Source of the DNA: an uncultured archaeon
GTDB taxonomy: Archaea > Iainarchaeota > Iainarchaeia > Iainarchaeales > DATDZZ01
Direction of reading: 5' to 3'
Length of the DNA: 31,365 nucleotides
NCBI GenBank assembly: GCA_964373795.1
Contig: CAYJVY010000003.1
Coordinates: 100,898 to 132,262 of the forward strand
Positions 10,268 through 17,926 of this stretch are shown here, one piece after another. The notes under the pieces are model-generated. The model worked only from the letters and a program-made list of their open reading frames with translations, ran no database searches and was not told the DNA's origin. The position numbers and the translations under genes were made by a program. Numbering within the stretch: the stretch's first letter is position 1; every line of letters starts with the position of its first letter.

Positions 10268-11272
10268 TCAAGCAACTGGCGTAAGAGATTCATCTTCATC
10301 TCTTGGAGGGCGTCTTTCCAAAAAAGTTTTTCTAAGAACTTCTTTGTCAACAAAATGATATTTTCCCTTTAATTGAGCTAATGAAGCAGTTAAACGATCC
10401 ATTCTATATTTATATTCTCTTAAATGTTCTTGCTCGGCTGTTTCCAGTTTAAGTAATGGAACAACTCCATCTGCAGCTCTATTTAATTCATCATGAAATC
10501 CTTTATATCTTTCAATTAATTCCGCGCACCTGCTCCAGTCCTCTCTACTAGAATGAGCTTTATAAGCTTCATTAAATTCCTTGAATTTGACGACTTCTAA
10601 TTCTCCTACTTCGAAAGCTTTCTTCAAAAAACTCCATGTTTTTCTTCTTTCAGAAAGTTCTTCAGGACTTAATTTCACGCCATATTTATATATATTTCCA
10701 GTTAAAAGTGCTCCAAAGCTTGGAGCTCTAGCATGACTTAATACTAATTTAACCAATCTATCAAGAATTGGAGTAAGATAAGGAATTTGAAAATCAGCAT
10801 GCTTTCTAGCTTTTCCTTCCTCAATTTCTCTTTCTAAAATATATAATTGAACTTTAATGCTTTTCAATACATGTTCGTTTACTGTGGGTTTTGGAATTTC
10901 TCTAATTACATCGTTTAAAATTCTTTTCATTCTTTCCTCGTCTCTTTCAGTGCTTCTAATATGTTCTTCTCTTTCAGTTCCCCTAGATTCAGTTGCAGCT
11001 CTTCTTTCACTAGCAATATCTTTAAGTAATTCAATTAATTCTGGGGGAATAGAAAAAGTTGGATGAATATGAATATGTTCTTCATGAGTTCTTTCAGCAG
11101 AGCCTTCAGTTTCAGCTCTTCTAGCAGGAGAAACTTCTCCTTCTCTTTCAACTAAAACCTTTCCTGGATGAACTACAAACCTGGTGTCATGTCTTTCATG
11201 AATTTCTTGTTCATGAATGTGAGTTGCTCTACTTCCAGTTCGTTCAACAATTCTTCTTCTATTTTGACGCAT
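10268..11272 (-). CDS. ORFan A (334 aa): Arg/His-rich N-terminal module repeated internally, helical C-terminal body
   Basis: First ATG gives MRQNRRRIVERTGSRATHIHEQEIHERHDTRFVVHP. The N-terminus is paralogous to the next gene. No recognised domain. Confidence 0.6.
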   Translation of the reverse strand: MRQNRRRIVERTGSRATHIHEQEIHERHDTRFVVHPGKVLVEREGEVSPARRAETEGSAERTHEEHIHIHPTFSIPPELIELLKDIASERRAATESRGTEREEHIRSTERDEERMKRILNDVIREIPKPTVNEHVLKSIKVQLYILEREIEEGKARKHADFQIPYLTPILDRLVKLVLSHARAPSFGALLTGNIYKYGVKLSPEELSERRKTWSFLKKAFEVGELEVVKFKEFNEAYKAHSSREDWSRCAELIERYKGFHDELNRAADGVVPLLKLETAEQEHLREYKYRMDRLTASLAQLKGKYHFVDKEVLRKTFLERRPPRDEDESLTPVA

Positions 11273-11324
11273 TAAACTCACACAGATAAGTAAAAGCAAC
11301 TGAAAAAATAGTTAACAAAAGAAA

Positions 11325-11816
11325 TTATGGTTTCTTTTGACCTGTTTTCATTCTTCCTTTTAAAGGCTTTGAAGGTTCAAATAATCCTGGAACTCCTTCT
11401 GCTCTAAGGAAATTCATTATTTCACTGTTAAGAGGTAGAACTCTAGATCCTTTTGCTTTGTCAATAACAAATACTTGAGGCACTGTTTTTTGTACAAATC
11501 TTCCCTCTGCATCTCTAACAGGTTCTCCTTTAGCATCTTTCTCTGTAGCCTTAACTTCTGCAAGTGCAAATCTATATCTCTCAGGATTGTCAGCAAAAGA
11601 AGGATAATTTTCAGATAATCTATCAATTAGTTTTTCTCTTTGTCCAACTAAGAGTTCTTGTGCTCTTGTTCTTGGTCCAATAACCCATTCAGTTGGTGCC
11701 TTTGCAGTAGGTCCTACAACAAATCTTACGCCATGTCTTTCTTCCACCTCAGTTTCTCTAGCATGAACACCTCTGTCCCTTGTAACTTCTCTCACTCTTC
11801 TTCTAGCACCTGGCAT
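11325..11816 (-). CDS. ORFan B (163 aa) with the same N-terminal module
   Basis: MPGARRRVREVTRDRGVHARETEVEERHGVRFVVGP. GAGGTGA lies 8 nt upstream of the ATG, with a TATA (CATTTAAATAT on the minus strand) further upstream. Confidence 0.65.
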   Translation of the reverse strand: MPGARRRVREVTRDRGVHARETEVEERHGVRFVVGPTAKAPTEWVIGPRTRAQELLVGQREKLIDRLSENYPSFADNPERYRFALAEVKATEKDAKGEPVRDAEGRFVQKTVPQVFVIDKAKGSRVLPLNSEIMNFLRAEGVPGLFEPSKPLKGRMKTGQKKP

Positions 11817-11918
11817 TCTTTTTTCACCTCATCTAGTTAATAAATTAAAATATACTTATTTTGTGTATTTTATTATATTTAAATGTATCTGTTAACATAT
11901 GATTAAAAGTATTGGCTT

Positions 11919-12314
11919 TTAAAGGTTAAGACCTTCTTCTTTTTCTTCTCCTAATTGTTTTTTCTTTAAAGCCTTATATCTTGTAATTGCAGCTTCATCC
12001 GGAACATATCTTGCTTTTCTTTGTCCTTCATCTTGGTGTCTATTAATAACTTTGTGTGGCTCTTCATCCAAGTCTATGCAATAAACATTTCCGTCAGGGC
12101 CAATCCAAAGCTCTTCTCCTAATAGTTTACCAAATACTGGGTCATCAGATTTTTTTCCTATTCCTGCAAAATTATATCTTTTTCCTTCTCCATCAACAAA
12201 AGATTCAGTGAATTTTGCTTTATGCTGAACATGTCTTACTTCAGGCATATGATGAATTTCATCTAATGGCCTTGAAGTTGATTTAACTATTGGACGTCTT
12301 GGCCTTTCAGGCAT
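11919..12314 (-). CDS. ORFan C (131 aa) with a weaker version of the N-terminal module
   Basis: MPERPRRPIVKSTSRPLDEIHHMPEVRHVQH. AAGGAGG SD lies 7 nt upstream. Shares the motif GPDGNVYCIDLDEEPH with ORFan D. Confidence 0.6.
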   Translation of the reverse strand: MPERPRRPIVKSTSRPLDEIHHMPEVRHVQHKAKFTESFVDGEGKRYNFAGIGKKSDDPVFGKLLGEELWIGPDGNVYCIDLDEEPHKVINRHQDEGQRKARYVPDEAAITRYKALKKKQLGEEKEEGLNL

Positions 12315-12386
12315 TTTTTTCCTCCTTAATATTAAATTCTAATGTTATTATCCTATTTAAATATTTTCATTTCAGATTTCAATTTT

Positions 12387-12989
12387 TTAATCCCTTATTT
12401 CAGGCAAATTCATGTCATATTCGCCTCTTTTAATCATTTCCTCTGTTGCATCAAAATATTTGTTTTTCCCATGAGGTGAAACCATTAAATTGCCTTCAAC
12501 ATCAATTCCAACGTCAATTGTTTTTCCAGATCCAATGGTAACACTTTTTAAGAAAAAAATCTTTGTCTCTCCTTCAGCTAGCTGTAAAACTGTTTTTTTA
12601 GCTTTATGTTGTGCATTTCCTTCTAGTATAAGAATTTCTTCTTTATCTGGATGCCTAAAAATTCCAAAATTCCCAAAATTTTTACTCCTAACATATGCCA
12701 CTAAAAAATGTCCTTCCTCAAGAGTTGGTCTAGGATGTCTTCTTCCCTCTGCATCAATTAAACACACATCATGTGTTCTTCTATCTCTATAAACCCCAAA
12801 TTCATCGTCTAAAATAAGCAATCTATCTGATTTATGTCCATGCCTGTCTACTTGAGTTCTTCTCCAGTCAACTGGATGTCTTTCTAACTCAAATGACGGG
12901 CGATGTTCAACAGTTGTTTTGGTTGAAAAAATATTTTTAATCCAGTGCCATGTCCTAAGAAGTCTATTGGGGTGCACTGGTTCTCGCAT
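12387..12989 (-). CDS. ORFan D (200 aa), beta-rich body
   Basis: ATG 12989 lies 11 nt after GGTGA; the track start 13004 is GTG. Contains ELERHPVDWRR and THDVCLIDAEGRRHP. Confidence 0.55.
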   Translation of the reverse strand: MREPVHPNRLLRTWHWIKNIFSTKTTVEHRPSFELERHPVDWRRTQVDRHGHKSDRLLILDDEFGVYRDRRTHDVCLIDAEGRRHPRPTLEEGHFLVAYVRSKNFGNFGIFRHPDKEEILILEGNAQHKAKKTVLQLAEGETKIFFLKSVTIGSGKTIDVGIDVEGNLMVSPHGKNKYFDATEEMIKRGEYDMNLPEIRD

Positions 12990-13080
12990 AGGCAATTTGT
13001 TCACCTGAAAAAATGAATTTAATATATAATTTACTGGTTTAAGAATATAAAAGACTTTTGTATAAAGAAAAAGTTTGGAT

Positions 13081-13131
13081 GGGAGTTAAAAGTGCAAGGG
13101 AAGACTCAGAAGGATTTTGCACTTAACTCCC
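13081..13131. other. Isolated stable hairpin (7-bp + 8-bp stems, 2-nt bulge, 19-nt loop) in a 295-bp intergenic region
   Basis: GGGAGTT-AA-AAGTGCAA ... TTGCACTT-AACTCCC. It is locally GC-richer than its surroundings and is not adjacent to a stop codon. Confidence 0.5.
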
Positions 13132-13299
13132 AAAGATTTCTGATGCTCTGCCCTCGAATAATATTATTACCGTATTTGAAAGAATATAATTTTCAACTCT
13201 AAAATGCACTTAAAACAGTAAATTTTGTTTGTGCAAACAATTAATTCCAGAACACATTTTTTCTAGAAGAAAAAGAGTTTTTCCGCCAGAGAAACCTAT

Positions 13300-14955
13300 T
13301 TATTCAAGCAATTTTTTTAAAAATTCTAGAATTGCTTCAATTAAAACTTGTAAAAAACCTTTTTTTTTAGATTCTTCTTTTGGCTTGACTTCTTTTTCTG
13401 TGTTTTCATCTACAGCTAATTTGTTTGAATCAGTTTTGGAATTGTTGTTTTGACCTAGTAATTTGTTTTCATCTTTTGGTTTAATTATTTTTTTATTTAA
13501 ATCAGCATTTACATCTAAAGGTTTTTGTTTGTTTAAATCAATTTTAATCTCTTTATTTTCGTCTTTTGGTAGTTCCTTATTTACATCAATTTTTACTCCT
13601 TTATTTTCATCTACTGATTTTTCTTCTATAAAGCGAATACTTGAAGGAATTAATGGATGCAAATAATTTGCTTCTTTCAAGCAGTGAGAAAACAATTCTT
13701 TATTTGAATTATAGCATGGCCTCAAATCTGTTTGCATTAAATTTAATACTAATTGAGTTGAATCTTTAACTGATTCAATTTTTTCTTTTTGCATTGAAAG
13801 CTTGTAAAAAATTTCTTGCAATGAATCAAAGCCATGTTTTTTTACATAGTTTCTAATCACTAATTCACTGAATGCATATCCAAATGAAAGATTTTTGTCT
13901 TCATTGTAGTTCCAGGTTTCCATAAACTTTTCATTATTTTTATAATAATTCCATAACTCTTCTTCGCTTGCACCTGATTTAAAAGTAGTTATTTGATTTC
14001 CTTCAGTAAAGCTTTTGTCTTCTCCAAATAAATTTGGATATATTCTTTCTTTGTTTACGTCTACAACTAATTCAAGGTATCTGGCAACTCCTTCATTAAA
14101 CCAAAGCAAGGAATTTTCATCAGACCATTTTAATACTTGTTCATTAAAGCCATGAGTTGCTTCATGTAAAAGAGTTGTATTAATTTGATTTGGTTGAAGT
14201 TCTTCATTAAAAGTTGACTCTCTTAAAAATATTAATCCGTTTAAGTAAACTCCTTGACTGAATGAAAGAGTTTCTTTATTATAATCTGCATCGCTTAAAA
14301 CAACTATTGGGTAAAAAGGAAAAGGTTTTTTTCTTCCAGTAACTCTTTCAATTACGTAAAACAATTCATCTTCTTTGCTTAAATCAAATGAATCATTGCC
14401 AAACACTACAAAGTTTTTGTAAGGCGTTTTCTTGTCACTGAAATACAGTCTAATTGCTGGAGGACCAATTCCTTCAAATACAGCTTTTTCTTTAGTTATA
14501 TTCTCAGTGAATCCAAAAGAACTAGAAAAAGATAAAATGTTTGGAATATTTGCATTAACCTTTGAAGGAGTTTTAGGAAACCCTGCAAGAGATAATTCAA
14601 TTAATTTTAGTTCAGGAAATTTTTCTTTAACAGCATTTCTTTCAATTAAATCTAATCTAAATGTTTCTTTTCTTCTTCCAGTTCCAATATTTGATTGAAA
14701 CTCTATTTGACTTCCGTTTCTATTAAAGTCATTTATTTTTCCAATTGAATCACTTATTGAAACAATTTCAGAGTTTTCTGGAACAATAAAAGTTATACTC
14801 CAATAATTCACTGCTTCATTTGATTCAACGTCAAAAAAATTAACTATATTTAAATCACTATTTCCAAGCAATGAAACTTCGTATTCAACTACTGCACTTG
14901 CATTTAATGAAATGAATAATAAAATTATTGCAATTAAAGTTGTTTTGAAAAACAT
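13300..14955 (-). CDS. Secreted gluzincin (M1-like HExxH...E) metalloprotease with a Lys-rich repetitive C-terminal tail
   Basis: Signal peptide MFFKTTLIAIILLFISLNASA. HEATHGF followed by WFNEGVARY (compare M1 HExxH-x18-WLNEGFA). Tail has KIDVNKELPKDENKE / KIDLNKQKPLDVNADLNKKIIKPKDENK repeats. Confidence 0.7.
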   Translation of the reverse strand: MFFKTTLIAIILLFISLNASAVVEYEVSLLGNSDLNIVNFFDVESNEAVNYWSITFIVPENSEIVSISDSIGKINDFNRNGSQIEFQSNIGTGRRKETFRLDLIERNAVKEKFPELKLIELSLAGFPKTPSKVNANIPNILSFSSSFGFTENITKEKAVFEGIGPPAIRLYFSDKKTPYKNFVVFGNDSFDLSKEDELFYVIERVTGRKKPFPFYPIVVLSDADYNKETLSFSQGVYLNGLIFLRESTFNEELQPNQINTTLLHEATHGFNEQVLKWSDENSLLWFNEGVARYLELVVDVNKERIYPNLFGEDKSFTEGNQITTFKSGASEEELWNYYKNNEKFMETWNYNEDKNLSFGYAFSELVIRNYVKKHGFDSLQEIFYKLSMQKEKIESVKDSTQLVLNLMQTDLRPCYNSNKELFSHCLKEANYLHPLIPSSIRFIEEKSVDENKGVKIDVNKELPKDENKEIKIDLNKQKPLDVNADLNKKIIKPKDENKLLGQNNNSKTDSNKLAVDENTEKEVKPKEESKKKGFLQVLIEAILEFLKKLLE

Positions 14956-15047
14956 TATAGAATTAATTGCTTTAACCTTTATTAAGTTAAAGGTTTTCAA
15001 AGGCTGAAGCGAAGATTTTTATTTCTTGGATTTCATTAATTTCTTAT

Positions 15048-15788
15048 ATGAGGGAAAAAACAACTAGAAAAATTCAAAGAACTCCTGAAAAAAGAAGGGA
15101 AACAACTAAAAGAGTTAAAACCTTTTTTCGATCAGATATTTTTAGAGCATCTCAAGCATATGTTCAAGGAAGAATTTCTGGAGTGAATAGAACTAATTTT
15201 CGAAGCCTTGTTTCAGAAGAGGTTAGAAGCAAATTAAACAGTTTACTTGAAGAAGGAATTAGTGGAAGAGAACTTGAAAAAAGATTGCAAGACATTAAAT
15301 TCGAACACGGAGAAAAAGCTGCAAAAGCAGAATTATATTTAAATCATAAAAAAGAAGAAGAATTGCTTGACTTTCAATGGAAGTTGCTTGAAAGATTAAT
15401 TGGTTTAAGAAAGTCTTTGCAAAGACTTTTTAATGGTTTAAATCCTTCTAAAAAAAAATTTGTTGAACTTGTATTAGATTCTTGGAGTAAATTAGATGAA
15501 GAATGGAGAGAAAAAGTTGACGAATTAGTTAGATTGAGAAGACTTGGAGGTGCAACGGTTTTACAAGAATTCACTAGAAGCCCTGATTTTAGAAAAAAAG
15601 AAGAAGACTTTACTAGAAAAGTTCAAAAATTTGATGCAAAAATTAAAAGGCTTTTAGAAAGAAACACTATTCCAGTAATAGATGAATTTCTTCATTTTTT
15701 ATTGCAAGAAAAAATGTTGAAAAAACAATACTATGGAAACAAAACAAGAATTACTTGGCTTTTAGCTGAAAGAAGCAAATTAGAGTAA
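15048..15788 (+). CDS. Hypothetical helical protein (246 aa) with a basic N-terminal tail
   Basis: MREKTTRKIQRTPEKRRETTKRVK. T-rich TATA about 35 nt upstream. No recognised domain. Confidence 0.5.
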   Translation: MREKTTRKIQRTPEKRRETTKRVKTFFRSDIFRASQAYVQGRISGVNRTNFRSLVSEEVRSKLNSLLEEGISGRELEKRLQDIKFEHGEKAAKAELYLNHKKEEELLDFQWKLLERLIGLRKSLQRLFNGLNPSKKKFVELVLDSWSKLDEEWREKVDELVRLRRLGGATVLQEFTRSPDFRKKEEDFTRKVQKFDAKIKRLLERNTIPVIDEFLHFLLQEKMLKKQYYGNKTRITWLLAERSKLE

Positions 15789-15797
15789 AGTGATTAA

Positions 15798-16199
15798 ATG
15801 AAGCCAAAAGAACCATTTCATGGAAAACTAGGAAAAAGAATTATAGTTCTTCAAAGTGAAGTAGTTTTACATGAAGTTGCTTCAAATCAAAGAAAAATGA
15901 TTGAAGGAACTGATGAAAGAGTTAGAAAACAGTTCAAAACTTTAGTGAATAATTTAGAGAAACTTAAAACCCAAGGAGAAGAAGGTTTTACGCTTGCAAA
16001 AACTTTAGTAGAGTTAACTACCTTAAAGCAAGGATTTCCTGAAGGAAAATTTAATCCAAGATTAGCTAACGCGGAATCAGTTCAAGAATTAATTGATTTA
16101 GTTGAAGAAATGATTCAACACAGGATTAGATTAAGTAGAAGACAATTAGAATTAGCTTTTGAAGAAGAAAAAAGAAAAATTTTGGGCACGCAAAAATAA
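15798..16199 (+). CDS. Hypothetical helical protein (133 aa)
   Basis: Begins 9 nt after the previous gene. Composition resembles a coiled coil. Confidence 0.45.
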   Translation: MKPKEPFHGKLGKRIIVLQSEVVLHEVASNQRKMIEGTDERVRKQFKTLVNNLEKLKTQGEEGFTLAKTLVELTTLKQGFPEGKFNPRLANAESVQELIDLVEEMIQHRIRLSRRQLELAFEEEKRKILGTQK

Positions 16200-16208
16200 T
16201 TCAAGTAA

Positions 16209-16367
16209 CTATTTACTTAAAAAATTAATTAATGCTGTCAACTCTTGAGGAGAAAGATTTGCTTGCTTGGAGAAAAGAATTACTCCTTCTTGACCTATTT
16301 CTGTATTCAATGGAATTGCAACTCTTTTCTGAAGTTTTTCCCTAGACCTTCTTTGAAGACGCCTCAT
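16209..16367 (-). CDS. Small basic protein (52 aa), possibly a ribbon-helix-helix DNA-binding protein; absent from the ORF track
   Basis: My translation: MRRLQRRSREKLQKRVAIPLNTEIGQEGVILFSKQANLSPQELTALINFLSK. GGAGTGA lies 4-7 nt upstream of the ATG. The strand-helix-helix pattern is inferred by eye. Confidence 0.45.
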   Translation of the reverse strand: MRRLQRRSREKLQKRVAIPLNTEIGQEGVILFSKQANLSPQELTALINFLSK

Positions 16368-16510
16368 TTAATCACTCCAATACTAATTAATGAGGCTGTG
16401 GAAAATAAAAAAGTTCCTTTGAAAAACTATAATTAGGAGTTTTTGAAAAAAATAAAAAAAAAAGAAATAGAAAAAATCAAATTAACTGATTTAAATAAAC
16501 AGAATTTAAT

Positions 16511-16654
16511 TTATTGTTTTTTTGATCTATAACAGTCTAAGCAATAAACTGGGCGTCCTTCTTTTGGTTGGAAAGGAACTTTTGTTTCTTTTCCGCACTC
16601 AGAGCAAACAGCATCGTACATTTGTCTGCTTCCTCTGTCGTTTCTAAAAGCCAT
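16511..16654 (-). CDS. 47-aa CxxC-x17-CxxC zinc-ribbon protein (below the track size cutoff)
   Basis: My translation: MAFRNDRGSRQMYDAVCSECGKETKVPFQPKEGRPVYCLDCYRSKKQ. AGGTGA lies 8 nt upstream of the ATG. A paralog lies at 28219-28365. Confidence 0.8.
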   Translation of the reverse strand: MAFRNDRGSRQMYDAVCSECGKETKVPFQPKEGRPVYCLDCYRSKKQ

Positions 16655-16782
16655 TCTTTTTTCACCTACTTTTAAACTATACTACTACTAGAATCAGCTT
16701 AACCTTTTAAGAAAAGGTTAGCGAAAAAACTCGCTTGAACTGAAAAACTAGAAGTATTTATAGCAACTTTTTCCATCAAAAA

Positions 16783-16795
16783 GTATTTAAATCTG
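16783..16795 (-). promoter_or_regulatory. Distal TATA element of zinc-ribbon unit 1 (CAGATTTAAATAC on the minus strand)
   Basis: A 13-mer identical to 28484-28496, lying 128 nt upstream of the ATG. Confidence 0.5.
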
Positions 16796-16882
16796 TGCAA
16801 GTCGGTTTTCCAAGAACTGCTTTTCAATATCAGAGATTGTAAAATAGGAATGTTTTTATTTTCAGGGAAGTAAAATAATCAT

Positions 16883-17869
16883 ATGCATGCAAGAACTCCT
16901 TTAAAGACTCCTAGAAGTTGGGTTAAAAAAATCAGAAAACTTGAAAGACTTTTACCAGATGAAGCAAAAAAAGAAGCAATTGTTGAATTGCCTTCAGGGC
17001 AAAGAGTTTCACTAGTTGAAGCAAGAGAAAGATTAGTTGAAAGAGATGCTTGGCTTGGAATAAAATCAATGCAAATGAAAGCAAGACTAGAAAAACAATT
17101 GCAGGAATTTCAATTATTGCAAGAAGCAAACGATTTAGCAAGATCTGGATTAGGAGTTCAAGAAATTGCTAGAAGATTGGGAGTTTCAAGAACTGCTGTA
17201 ACTAATTGGTTGGAGAGAGAAATTCTTCCAAGATCTCTTTCAGAAAGAAGATTTGAGGGTTTTAAGAGAAGAAGAAAACAAGTAAATATTACTCCAGATA
17301 AACATGCTGATCTTTCCTATATTTTTGGAATTCTTTTTGGAGAACATTTAAGAAGAAAACCTGAAGGAAAAGAAGGGTCAAGAGGGTTAGGATTCTTTTT
17401 CAGCATTAAAGATCAAAGTCTAGGAGAAGAAATTAAAAAAAGACTTGAAAGAGTTACTGGAAGCAAAACATTAAATTATAGAGTAAATAATTTTAATGTA
17501 CATGGATTTATTGCTAGAAATTTTACTCAACTAGTTAATAGAGAAACAAGTTATTTGTCAAAGCTTCCAAAAAGATTTCTTTCTTCAAGACGAGAAAGAT
17601 TATTATTTTTACGAGGATTATTTGATTCAAATGGACAAGTAAAAAGAATGAAAGTTGGAGTAAAAGCAGTAACTCTTACTATTCAAAACCCTGAATTATT
17701 GGAATTTACTTTAAGTAATTTAAATAGGTTTCAAATTCCTCACACAATTGAAACTGAAAAAATTCATGGAAAAACAGTTCAATTAATTGTTATTTGGCCA
17801 AAAGACTTTAACAGATTTAAACAATTAATTGGTTTTAGAGGTAAATCAAAGCAAGACTTATTAGGTTAA
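16883..17869 (+). CDS. Free-standing HTH + double-motif LAGLIDADG-domain protein
   Basis: HTH segment GLGVQEIARRLGVSRTAVTNWLER. Two LAGLIDADG-like motifs, YIFGILFGEH and LFLRGLFDSNGQV. It is not embedded in an intron or intein. Confidence 0.65.
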   Translation: MHARTPLKTPRSWVKKIRKLERLLPDEAKKEAIVELPSGQRVSLVEARERLVERDAWLGIKSMQMKARLEKQLQEFQLLQEANDLARSGLGVQEIARRLGVSRTAVTNWLEREILPRSLSERRFEGFKRRRKQVNITPDKHADLSYIFGILFGEHLRRKPEGKEGSRGLGFFFSIKDQSLGEEIKKRLERVTGSKTLNYRVNNFNVHGFIARNFTQLVNRETSYLSKLPKRFLSSRRERLLFLRGLFDSNGQVKRMKVGVKAVTLTIQNPELLEFTLSNLNRFQIPHTIETEKIHGKTVQLIVIWPKDFNRFKQLIGFRGKSKQDLLG

Positions 17870-17926
17870 TTTTAAGAGAAAAACTCTAAGACAAAATTTA
17901 ATTAATTCAATGATCCCTAATTAATT

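Larger units (their letters stand above)
16446..16795 (-). repeat. Copy 1 of a diverged ~340-bp unit: TATA, leader, zinc-ribbon gene, T-rich terminator
   Basis: Conserved blocks shared with 28159-28496: AAA(A/G)GTATTTAAATCTG; CTAGAATCAG...ACTATACTACT...CACC; the CDS core CCTTCTTTTGGTTGGAAAGG and TTTTCCGCACTCAGA; and an A-rich (T-rich on the minus strand) tail. Confidence 0.8.

Noticed and set aside
13440-13660. Short periodic DNA repeats as a possible CRISPR array or non-coding tandem repeat
   Set aside because: The repeats are imperfect, have no unique spacers of constant length, and lie in frame inside the protease ORF, where they encode the Lys-rich tail.
16245-16436. Track ORF of 63 aa on the plus strand
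   Set aside because: It has a TTG start without an SD and a Cys/Phe/Leu-rich composition typical of an antisense frame. A better-supported ATG/SD ORF lies on the opposite strand.
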